DNA of 32,000 nucleotides from Wolbachia endosymbiont of Onchocerca ochengi (lineage in GTDB: Bacteria > Pseudomonadota > Alphaproteobacteria > Rickettsiales > Anaplasmataceae): NCBI RefSeq assembly GCF_000306885.1, contig NC_018267.1, positions 690,001-722,000 of the forward strand, written 5' to 3'. A program made the position numbers and the translations under genes. A model generated the notes under the pieces. The model was given only the letters and a program-made list of their open reading frames with translations. It did not search any database and was not told the DNA's origin. This document shows positions 11,141-19,121 of this stretch, one piece after another (the stretch's first letter is position 1; each line of letters opens with the position of its first letter).

Positions 11141-12007
11141 TTAAATGTTAAAAAGACGAATAGGCTTTACATAACCATACGCAAAACTACAAATTGCAAT
11201 AGGCATATTACCCATTACCACACAAAAGGTATCATAATTCTTTAACTTGAGCAAATTATTTAATACGATTACTTGACCTTTTCTAATTTTGCTTGCTTCT
11301 TCTGTAGAAATTTCAACCTTGAACATTGACTCTAGGATAGATCCGATAGGGATAACTTTATCTTTTTTGGTCAATTGTTCAATTATCACTGACTCAGCTT
11401 CTCTAAAATTACCTACCATAGTCCTTCTTAATTTTGTAATATGTCCAAAGCAATTTAATGCAATCCCAAGATCTCTTGCAATTGATCTTACATATACACC
11501 ACTACCACACATCATAGAAAAATTAGCACTATTATTTGTAGTGTTAACAGAAATTAATTTCAGTTCATATATTTGCACTAAGCGAGGCCTTATATTTGCT
11601 TTTTGTCCGTTTCTCGCTAATTTATACGCCCTTGTTCCATTGATTTTTACTGCTGAAAATTGAGGAGGAGTCTGTGCTATCTTACCAACAAAGTTCTTGA
11701 TAGCGCAATTTATTTGATCATATTTAGGTTCCATATTGCTGGTCTTAGTAATATCACCATCCGCATCGTCTGTAGTTCTTTGTTCACCCCACTTTACTGT
11801 GAAGTCATATACTTTTGAATCATAAAATAAATACGGTATAGTTTTTGTTGCCTCGCCAAGGGCAATTGGTAATACACCTGAAGCTAAAGGGTCAAGCGTT
11901 CCTAAATGACCAGCTTTTTTAATTCCAAATATCCTTTTAACTTGTGCTACTGCTTGCGCAGAGCTAATTCCTATTGGTTTATCAAGATTCAGCCAGCCAT
12001 GTATCAT
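11141..12007 (-). CDS. truB: tRNA pseudouridine(55) synthase
   Basis: GWLNLDKPIGISSAQAV, KKAGHLGTLDPLASGVLPIALGEATK, GKIAQTPPQFSAVKINGTRAYKLARNG. Confidence 0.97.
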   Translation of the reverse strand: MIHGWLNLDKPIGISSAQAVAQVKRIFGIKKAGHLGTLDPLASGVLPIALGEATKTIPYLFYDSKVYDFTVKWGEQRTTDDADGDITKTSNMEPKYDQINCAIKNFVGKIAQTPPQFSAVKINGTRAYKLARNGQKANIRPRLVQIYELKLISVNTTNNSANFSMMCGSGVYVRSIARDLGIALNCFGHITKLRRTMVGNFREAESVIIEQLTKKDKVIPIGSILESMFKVEISTEEASKIRKGQVIVLNNLLKLKNYDTFCVVMGNMPIAICSFAYGYVKPIRLFNI

Positions 12008-12039
12008 ACACTAATTGTACATGATTGAATCTCGGTCAG

Positions 12040-12058
12040 TAATAATAATAATAATAAT
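12040..12058. repeat. (TAA)n trinucleotide microsatellite
   Basis: Uninterrupted taataataataataataat run read directly. Confidence 0.85.
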
Positions 12059-12105
12059 AGTTTAGGAAGCAGATTTGGTTATCATTAAACTATTATAAAT
12101 AAAGC

Positions 12106-12134
12106 TTGACTAACATGTGTCGTTAGTATAAAAT
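12106..12134 (+). promoter_or_regulatory. Candidate sigma70 promoter for the 12169 CDS
   Basis: TTGACT (12106-12111), 17-nt spacer, TAAAAT (12129-12134); GGGAG Shine-Dalgarno just before ATG at 12169. Confidence 0.5.
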
Positions 12135-12168
12135 TAACTTTTATTAACTTTAATTAGAGGGAGTTATT

Positions 12169-12882
12169 ATGACTACAAAACCAAATGTATGGAAATGGAA
12201 AAACACTGTATCTGTAACAAAAACAAGCATCGAAGGTGTAATTGTAGTTACATCTTTAGCAGCGGCAATAACAACAGTATTAGTTGCTACTAATGTAATT
12301 GCTGGACCTGCATTTTTAGCATCTGTTTCCAACCCTGTTGGAATTGCAGCTTTATTTATCATTACTGCATATTTTACTGTGAAAACTATTTCTTCGTATC
12401 AGCAAATGTATGCAATGGAGGGAGTTCAAGGTAAAGCTGGTAAAGATGGTAAGGATGCAAACTTTGCTGTTCTTATTGGCGATTCAGTAAAGAGTGGTGA
12501 AATTGTTGAAAAAAAGGTTCAAGAAACAGATGGTAGATACACTCAGCAGTTATTTCTGGTACTTCCAATTAATGACTATAAAGCATTAGCAGGAGATGAT
12601 AAAAAAGCAGTTCATGTATTGTTAGCGGGTAAAAAGGTTGAAGTTGAACTTGCACATGTAGATCCTAAAGATGATGCTAGTGAGTATAAAGTGAAAGTAG
12701 CTAAGGTAGGTGGTAAAGATCAACTTGCTGATATGAAAACAGAGTTAGGTATGAGTAATTCTAATTTACTAAGAGTTGCAGTAAGTAATCAAGATCTGAA
12801 AGCTTTAAAAGCTAATGTATCAGCTAAGCTAGCAGATATTGCGGTAGAGGCAGCTATAGAAAAAGCTGGGAAAGTAGCTTAA
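12169..12882 (+). CDS. Hypothetical protein with N-terminal hydrophobic segments and a long soluble C-terminal region (237 aa)
   Basis: ATG with Shine-Dalgarno, promoter-like upstream sequence, strong downstream hairpin terminator. Two hydrophobic stretches (GVIVVTSLAAAITTVLVATNVIAGPAFLA; VGIAALFIITAYFTV) followed by GVQGKAGKDGKDANF. Confidence 0.9.
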   Translation: MTTKPNVWKWKNTVSVTKTSIEGVIVVTSLAAAITTVLVATNVIAGPAFLASVSNPVGIAALFIITAYFTVKTISSYQQMYAMEGVQGKAGKDGKDANFAVLIGDSVKSGEIVEKKVQETDGRYTQQLFLVLPINDYKALAGDDKKAVHVLLAGKKVEVELAHVDPKDDASEYKVKVAKVGGKDQLADMKTELGMSNSNLLRVAVSNQDLKALKANVSAKLADIAVEAAIEKAGKVA

Positions 12883-12892
12883 TTAAGGTCAG

Positions 12893-12934
12893 GAAGTGAA
12901 GAGGCAAAGGTGCTGTCTCTTCACTTCTTGTTTT
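12893..12934 (+). terminator. Rho-independent terminator after the 12169..12882 CDS
   Basis: Perfect 11-bp arms GAAGTGAAGAG / CTCTTCACTTC separated by 13 nt, followed by TTGTTTT. Confidence 0.85.
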
Positions 12935-13265
12935 AAAATAAAAACTCACAATAATTTACCTCAAATTTCAACTATGTCCTTATTAAAATCTATATCTAAC
13001 ATCCTTCTATGATATTACTCTGGTGCTCCTCTACGATGTAATCTCAATGCCCAGATACTTGAGATTCAGGAAAGTTTACTGGCTTACAAGCAAGCTGATT
13101 TTGGTAAGTATAAAAGGTAGCTGATCTTATATTAAGATACAAAACATTTTTGATAATTATGAAAAGCTAGATTTCATTGTTACACGCTGGAATGACAACG
13201 TTTAGTGTAAAAGCAGATGTTTGTGCATAAATTGCTTTAGCTATAAATATTTGAGAAGTTTACTA

Positions 13266-13296
13266 AATAAAAAAGGCAAAAACCTCTGTGAGGTGA
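13266..13296 (-). terminator. Candidate weak terminator downstream of the cysteine desulfurase gene
   Basis: On the minus strand ACCTC-ACA-GAGGT followed by TTTTGCCTTTTTT; short stem and ~240 nt from the stop codon. Confidence 0.35.
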
Positions 13297-13537
13297 ATAG
13301 TTGTTTACTATCTAATTCTGCAATTTAGTGTTTTATGATGTTTTAACTGTTTTACAGTTTACATAAGTAAAATTTTTATTAAGACATAAGATGTATATAG
13401 TATAAAAACTAAACATAAAACGCAAATTGCGTGATATTTTATCATTTTAATCTTCATAGATTTAAGATAACTGGATGCTTTATTATTAGAGATGAAAGCT
13501 GGCAAAATTTATCAAGTAGTTTTTTTATTTCTATCAG

Positions 13538-14737
13538 TTACTTGTACATATTTAAGGTGTTCTTCTTGTAGATATCGTACCAACAATCTACTATTTTTTT
13601 TATGTCTTGTGGTTTATTTTGCGGACCTATGCTGATCCTAACTGAACAGTTTGCTTGCTCTTTTGTTGCTCCCATTGCAAGTAACACATAAGAAGGCTCA
13701 ATTTTTCCAGAAGAGCATGCAGAGCCATTACTAACCGCAATGTTATTTAAATCAAAATGCATGAGCTGTACATCACTCTTCACTCCTGGCATATAAACGA
13801 AACTTGTATTTGGCAGTCTTTTAGAGTTTTTACCAAAGATTTTGATGCTGCTAACGAGATTCAATAACTTACTTTCTAATTGATCACGTAGTTTCTTAAT
13901 TTCATTCATTTTTGATAGAAGATCTGGAACACTTTGTAATGCAGCAGAAAGACCTGCAATTGCAACAACGTTTTCTGTACCACCACGCAATCCTTTTTCT
14001 TGCCCACCACCTACTATTATAGGTTTTATCGTAAGGTTTTTATTGAATACTAGAACCCCACTACCTGCTATACCACCAAATTTATGAGCAGATAAAGTGA
14101 GTAAATCTACTCCTAAATTTTCCATGTTAACTTTAATTTTTCCAACACTTTGAGCAGCATCAGTGTGACAAATTGCTCCAAATTTATGAGCTATTTCAGC
14201 TATTTCCCTAATAGGTTGAACAACTCCAGTTTCATTATTAGCCATCATAACTGAAACTATTACTTTATTTCCCTTAAGTTTGCTTAGGATTTTTTCTAGC
14301 TCCAAAAGATCAATGATACCTTCTTGATTAACTGGTATTATGTGTGGGTTATGTGCAGAATTAAGAATTGAAGGATGCTCTATAGCTGAAACTACATACT
14401 GAAAGCCTGTTACTCCTCGCATGACGAGGTTGTTTGCTTCAGTTGCGCCAGATGTAAAAACTATTTCCTTGTCGCTTGAAACATCAATAATACCACACAC
14501 GGCATCTCTTGCATCCTGAAGGATTTTTCTTGTTTCTTGTCCTTTTCTATGTAATGAAGAAGGATTCAGAATCTGTTTTGACAAGACTTCAAGTATGCTT
14601 TTTCTCACACCATCACTAATCGGAGAAGTCGCATTATAGTCAGCATATATATAATTACTATTTTCTAAAAAAAATGAACTTAAAGGTTTATTTGTCACTG
14701 AATTGTAAAGACTTCTTTTATCATTAAAACTATACAT
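13538..14737 (-). CDS. Cysteine desulfurase family protein (NifS/IscS-like, class V aminotransferase fold)
   Basis: YADYNATSPISDGVR, EIVFTSGATEANNLVMRG, HTDAAQSVGKIKVNMENLGVDLLTLSAHKFGGIAGSGVL, GSACSSGKIEPSYVLLAMG (catalytic Cys loop). Confidence 0.93.
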   Translation of the reverse strand: MYSFNDKRSLYNSVTNKPLSSFFLENSNYIYADYNATSPISDGVRKSILEVLSKQILNPSSLHRKGQETRKILQDARDAVCGIIDVSSDKEIVFTSGATEANNLVMRGVTGFQYVVSAIEHPSILNSAHNPHIIPVNQEGIIDLLELEKILSKLKGNKVIVSVMMANNETGVVQPIREIAEIAHKFGAICHTDAAQSVGKIKVNMENLGVDLLTLSAHKFGGIAGSGVLVFNKNLTIKPIIVGGGQEKGLRGGTENVVAIAGLSAALQSVPDLLSKMNEIKKLRDQLESKLLNLVSSIKIFGKNSKRLPNTSFVYMPGVKSDVQLMHFDLNNIAVSNGSACSSGKIEPSYVLLAMGATKEQANCSVRISIGPQNKPQDIKKIVDCWYDIYKKNTLNMYK

Positions 14738-14830
14738 ATTTGCTTTAACATAACAAAAGCTTGTTGCAAAAATAGTAAGATTAATACATAATTAATATAT
14801 TTATTAAATAGGTTTTTATTAGGAGTAAAA

Positions 14831-15529
14831 GTGGTAGAGGTTTTTTTGAATAATGCAACAAAAAAGATAGAAGGTGAGTATTACCAGAGCAAAAACGCTA
14901 ATGCACCAGTTGTATTAATTTTACATCATCATCCCCAATATGGGGGAAATATGGATAATAAAATGATACATGGCATATATACATCTTTTATTGATAACAA
15001 TTTTTCTGCATTGAAAATTAACTTTCGTGGTGTCGGAAAATCCACTGGAACTTTTGATAAGGGAATAGGAGAATTAACTGACGCTGCAGTAGCGATTGAT
15101 TGGCTTCAAGAACATAATCCTAGCAATGTTCCAATCTGGGTTGCTGGGTTTTCTTTTGGAGCATGGGTAGCTATGCAGCTAACGATGCGCCGACCTGAAA
15201 TAGTAGGTTTCATTGCTCTTTCTCTTCCAGCGACTAAATATGATTTCTCTTTTCTTTCCCCCTGTCCAGTTCCTGGGCTCATAGTACAAAGCAGCAATGA
15301 TACAATTTCAGAAGAAAGTGATGTAACGGAACTAACAAAAAGATTGATGAGCTCAGTAAAAAGTGACCATATGGAGTATCATGTAATAGATAATACTAAT
15401 CATTTCTTAAGAGATAAAGAAGAGGAGGTGGTTCAAATCATAGATGATTATATAAAACTACGCTTAAATAGTGCGGCTATTTCTCTCCAAAAAGTAAGAA
15501 GAGAGGTAAAAATAAAAGAGTGTATCTAA
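14831..15529 (+). CDS. Alpha/beta hydrolase, COG2945-like
   Basis: GTG start with AGGAG upstream; VLILHHHPQYGGNMDNK, NFRGVGKSTGTFDKG, VAGFSFGAWVAMQL nucleophile elbow, NTNHFLR. Confidence 0.9.
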   Translation: MVEVFLNNATKKIEGEYYQSKNANAPVVLILHHHPQYGGNMDNKMIHGIYTSFIDNNFSALKINFRGVGKSTGTFDKGIGELTDAAVAIDWLQEHNPSNVPIWVAGFSFGAWVAMQLTMRRPEIVGFIALSLPATKYDFSFLSPCPVPGLIVQSSNDTISEESDVTELTKRLMSSVKSDHMEYHVIDNTNHFLRDKEEEVVQIIDDYIKLRLNSAAISLQKVRREVKIKECI

Positions 15530-15581
15530 TCTTTACAAATTAGGAAAATAAGTGTAGTAATATAAGCAAGGAGATTCTGTT

Positions 15582-15755
15582 GTGTTTAGAAAATTGTTAT
15601 TTCTTGTTTTAATTACATTGATGGTATCAGGTTGTCTCTTAAATAAGCCACGTAAGTTAAAAAGTCCGTGTATCAGGAGTAATGAGAATACTTCATGTGA
15701 GCTATATTCTGTTAACGATCATTGGCTAAGCAAATACAAAGCAAATAGATCATAG
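15582..15755 (+). CDS. Small putative lipoprotein (57 aa), not in the supplied ORF list
   Basis: AAGGAG then GTG start: VFRKLLFLVLITLMVSGCLLNKPRKLKSPCIRSNENTSCELYSVNDHWLSKYKANRS*. Basic N-terminus, hydrophobic core and lipobox-like VSGC. Confidence 0.72.
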   Translation: MFRKLLFLVLITLMVSGCLLNKPRKLKSPCIRSNENTSCELYSVNDHWLSKYKANRS

Positions 15756-15772
15756 TTCTATATTATATTTCC

Positions 15773-16447
15773 TTACAATTTTACTAAAGAGCCATTTTTT
15801 AGTTGTAAAATATGGTCTGCCCTTTCTGCAAGGAGATGGTTGTGTGTTACTATAAGCATAGAACTATTATTTTCCTTTATATGTGAACGTAGCAACAAAA
15901 ACACGTTCAAAGAATTTGTTAGATCTAAATTCCCTGTTGGTTCATCTGCAAGTAAAAGCTTTGGAGAATTTACAATGCTTCTTGCAATTGCAATTCTTTG
16001 CCTTTCTCCACCAGAAATTTCAGATATCATACTATTCGCTTTATTCTCTAGGCTAAATTTTTCCAATATTGTTTGTGCACTTTTCATTGCTTTAGCTTTA
16101 CTTTTTCCTGCAATAAGCTGAGGAAGCATAATATTTTCTAATACCGATAGTTCTTGCAGCAAATAATGAAATTGATAAACAAAGCTAAGAAAATTTCTTC
16201 TTATATGAGTTCTATATTTATCGCTGGCTTGTGTGCAATTTACTCCACCTATTGCCACTATACCTGAAGTTGGCTTATCTAGTAAACCTGCAATTTGCAA
16301 TATAGTTGTTTTTCCTGATCCTGAGCTGCCAATTAATGCAACTACTTGCCCTTTTGTAATCCTTAGGTTGATATTTTCTATGATAACAAAACTCTTTTTG
16401 AAGCTTTTACATATAGAAATTAGCTCTAGTACTATATCACTACTCAT
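15773..16447 (-). CDS. lolD: Lipoprotein-releasing system ATP-binding protein
   Basis: VVALIGSSGSGKTTILQIAGLLDKPTSG Walker A, ENIMLPQLI, ISGGERQRIAIARSIVNSPKLLLADEPTGNLD. Confidence 0.92.
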   Translation of the reverse strand: MSSDIVLELISICKSFKKSFVIIENINLRITKGQVVALIGSSGSGKTTILQIAGLLDKPTSGIVAIGGVNCTQASDKYRTHIRRNFLSFVYQFHYLLQELSVLENIMLPQLIAGKSKAKAMKSAQTILEKFSLENKANSMISEISGGERQRIAIARSIVNSPKLLLADEPTGNLDLTNSLNVFLLLRSHIKENNSSMLIVTHNHLLAERADHILQLKNGSLVKL

Positions 16448-16487
16448 GTTTAAGGACCCAGCAGTTATTTAAATTCTGGTAGAGTAA

Positions 16488-16964
16488 TTAAATTGAGAAA
16501 CTACTACCACAACCACATTTAGACTTAGCAAGAACATTGTTTACTTGAAAACCGGAACCACTTAGATTCTCAGTATAATCTATAACTGAGTTATTTAAAA
16601 ACTTTGCTGAGCAATTATCAATCATTAATACAGGTTTTCCATTTTTATCATTAACTACTATGTCTTTACTTTTTCCACTAAACTTAAAGCGTTCTTTATG
16701 GTCTTCGCTATCCTCATAATTATCATTATCATCGTCATCATCATCAAACTCATCGTTATAATCATCATCGTCATTACCTAAAGATAGATTTTTATTTATT
16801 TGATCCATAAGAAAATTGTACTTGAAGCCAGAACACCCACCACCTGAAATTGCAACTCGTAAAACAGAGTTTTTATCTTTTTCTTGTTCTATAAGAGAGT
16901 AAATTTTCCTTAATGCACTATCAGTTAAGTTAATATTGTAACTTATTGACATAATCATTACCAC
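16488..16964 (-). CDS. A-type iron-sulfur cluster carrier (IscA/ErpA/HesB family) with an acidic insertion; start may be the internal MSISYN
   Basis: ISGGGCSGFKYNF and C-terminal KCGCGSSFSI provide the three conserved cysteines; NGKPVLMIDNCSAKFLNNSVIDYTENLSGSGFQVNN. Confidence 0.92.
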   Translation of the reverse strand: MVMIMSISYNINLTDSALRKIYSLIEQEKDKNSVLRVAISGGGCSGFKYNFLMDQINKNLSLGNDDDDYNDEFDDDDDDNDNYEDSEDHKERFKFSGKSKDIVVNDKNGKPVLMIDNCSAKFLNNSVIDYTENLSGSGFQVNNVLAKSKCGCGSSFSI

Positions 16965-16999
16965 TTATTATTAATAGCTTATTATAGTAGAAATTTTAC

Positions 17000-18199
17000 A
17001 TGTCAAACAATAATTTTCTGTTAAGTTATGCATGTCTTCCACACAAGACAAGGGGAAGGTATTTCAAAGAATTGGAAGATGAAAATCGCAGTTGCTTTCA
17101 GCGTGATAGGGATCGTATTATACACTCTAATGCACTTAGGAAATTAGGTTACAAAACACAAGTTTTTATTAATTATGGAAACGATTATTATCGCACACGA
17201 CTTACTCATAGCCTTGAAGTTGCACAAGTTGCAAGATCTATTGCACGTAGGCTCGGTTTAGACGAAGATATTACTGAATGCATAGCACTTGCACATGATC
17301 TTGGTCATCCCCCATTTGCTCACACAGGTGAAAATGCTCTAAAAAAATCAGTTCAAAATTTGAATCTTGATAATGAAAAATATGAATTTGACCATAATGT
17401 TCAAGCTATAAGGATTTTGACTCATCTTGAAAAAAAACATGCTGACTTTGATGGTATGAACCTAAGCTGGGAAGTAATTGAAGGAGTTGCAAAACATAAT
17501 GGTCCTCTGCTTGGTCAGAATGCAGTATTTCGTACAAATAATCAACTATTGTTAGAATATAATGAAAAATATGATTTAAAACTCGAAAAATTTTCAAGTA
17601 TCGAAGCACAAGTTGCCTCAATTGCCGATGACATCGCATACAGTGTTCATGACCTTGATGATGCATTGAGAGGAAATTTGGTAACCGTAGGAGATCTGCT
17701 TGATATTCCTTTAATTGGGAAAATATTTAAAGATATAAAAAGTAAATATTCAGAGTTATCTCAAAATAAGTTGATACATGAGTCACTCAGTAAAGCTATA
17801 GGAATTATGATAAGTGACGTTGTTTTTTGGACTAAAAAAAACATTAAGGATTGTAAAATAGAAAGTGTAGAAGACGCGAGAAGTTTAAATAAGATGTTAG
17901 TTATATTCTCACCAGAAGTTGCAAACGCTATAGAAGAAATAAAAAAATTTAATATAGAAAAAATATATAAAAGCTATAAACTTAATAGAACGATGAATAA
18001 AGCAAAACGTATAGTACAAGAGCTTTTTCAATGTTTTTATGATAATCCGGAACTATTGCCTATAGAGTGGGGTAGGCTCGCTTATGAATTTGAGCGTTCA
18101 GTAGTAATATGTGACTATATCTCTGGTATGACAGATAGATTTGCCATACATGAACACAGAAGAATTTTTGACACCTCATACGAAATGACCTCTTTCTAA
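17000..18199 (+). CDS. dgt: dGTP triphosphohydrolase-like protein (HD domain)
   Basis: RTRLTHSLEVAQVARSIARRLGLDEDITECIALAHDLGHPPFAHTGENAL HD motifs; FDHNVQAIRILTHLE; ASIADDIAYSVHDLDDALR. Confidence 0.94.
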   Translation: MSNNNFLLSYACLPHKTRGRYFKELEDENRSCFQRDRDRIIHSNALRKLGYKTQVFINYGNDYYRTRLTHSLEVAQVARSIARRLGLDEDITECIALAHDLGHPPFAHTGENALKKSVQNLNLDNEKYEFDHNVQAIRILTHLEKKHADFDGMNLSWEVIEGVAKHNGPLLGQNAVFRTNNQLLLEYNEKYDLKLEKFSSIEAQVASIADDIAYSVHDLDDALRGNLVTVGDLLDIPLIGKIFKDIKSKYSELSQNKLIHESLSKAIGIMISDVVFWTKKNIKDCKIESVEDARSLNKMLVIFSPEVANAIEEIKKFNIEKIYKSYKLNRTMNKAKRIVQELFQCFYDNPELLPIEWGRLAYEFERSVVICDYISGMTDRFAIHEHRRIFDTSYEMTSF

Positions 18200-18261
18200 T
18201 GGCAGATGACTATTTTGTATTGATAGCACTGAAGCTTATGCAAAGCGAAAGATTTGGGTAT

Positions 18262-18400
18262 AACGATTACTTTCTTAGCAATCAATACTGGTTGTTATTA
18301 TTGCTACCGCTAAAGATGCAAGTGCAACTATACCTTCAATACTAATTTTTGTTATGTATACTGTGTTTCTCCGCTTCTATATATGTTTTTATTTATAATA
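18262..18400 (-). pseudogene. Degraded, truncated copy of the N-terminal part of the 12169..12882 hypothetical gene
   Basis: Minus-strand reading KRRNTVYITKISIEGIVALASLAVAIIT aligns without gaps to KWKNTVSVTKTSIEGVIVVTSLAAAITT, 16/28 identical; DNA about 64/84 by hand count. TAG replaces TGG at 18377-18379 and the frame shifts after ...ATAATAACA. Confidence 0.8.
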
Positions 18401-19121
18401 ACCTTTAATAGACCTCTTTTTAATTGAGTTTAATAATAAATTAAACATGCTAGATGTTAGCATACATAATCAAGCTATTTTTTTTTGCAAATATAATTTC
18501 TAGCATAGATCTGTTTTCTAAACTGCTAATAACTATAAACAGCTGGCTGAATTTTAATAAACCAATAACCATGCAAGTAGGCTGAGAGAATTTTGAAATC
18601 ATGGCTATACCACAATTGTGCGAGCAACTATATTTTTTGCAACTAACTTTCAGCTATTTATAGCTAAGAAATCTACTAAATTGGAAAAAATAAAAAAATA
18701 TTAGTTAATATCTATTTGAAAGTGTTAGCATTTTTTATATTTTTAAACGTTTAATAGTCGCAATTTAGCTAATTTAAATATCTTTCTAAAATTTTTAGCT
18801 TTTAATATTAAAGATTTATTAAATGGAGAATGAAGATGAAAGGAATCCCATAATAGCTAGTTATTCTTCTGGTTTTATGAGCTGATGTTTTATACTTTCT
18901 TGAACGCTTTCGTTGTTCAATTTGCACAGATTGAAGATAATTAAATACCTTTATTATCATAATAAAGAAGTTGGTAGAATTTGTTAAATGGTCTTCAGTC
19001 TTATTTCTATGATTGAAAAAGTATGGATGTCTGTTAGTTACTTAGATACTGAATTATTATAAAATTTGACATTCATTGCTGATGACTAGAATATTAGCAG
19101 AGTAAAATTACTTAAGAAAGT

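Noticed and set aside
17406-17666. 86-aa antisense ORF inside dgt with many His/Arg residues.
   Set aside because: It is fully antisense to a conserved HD-domain enzyme, and its composition follows from the sense codons.
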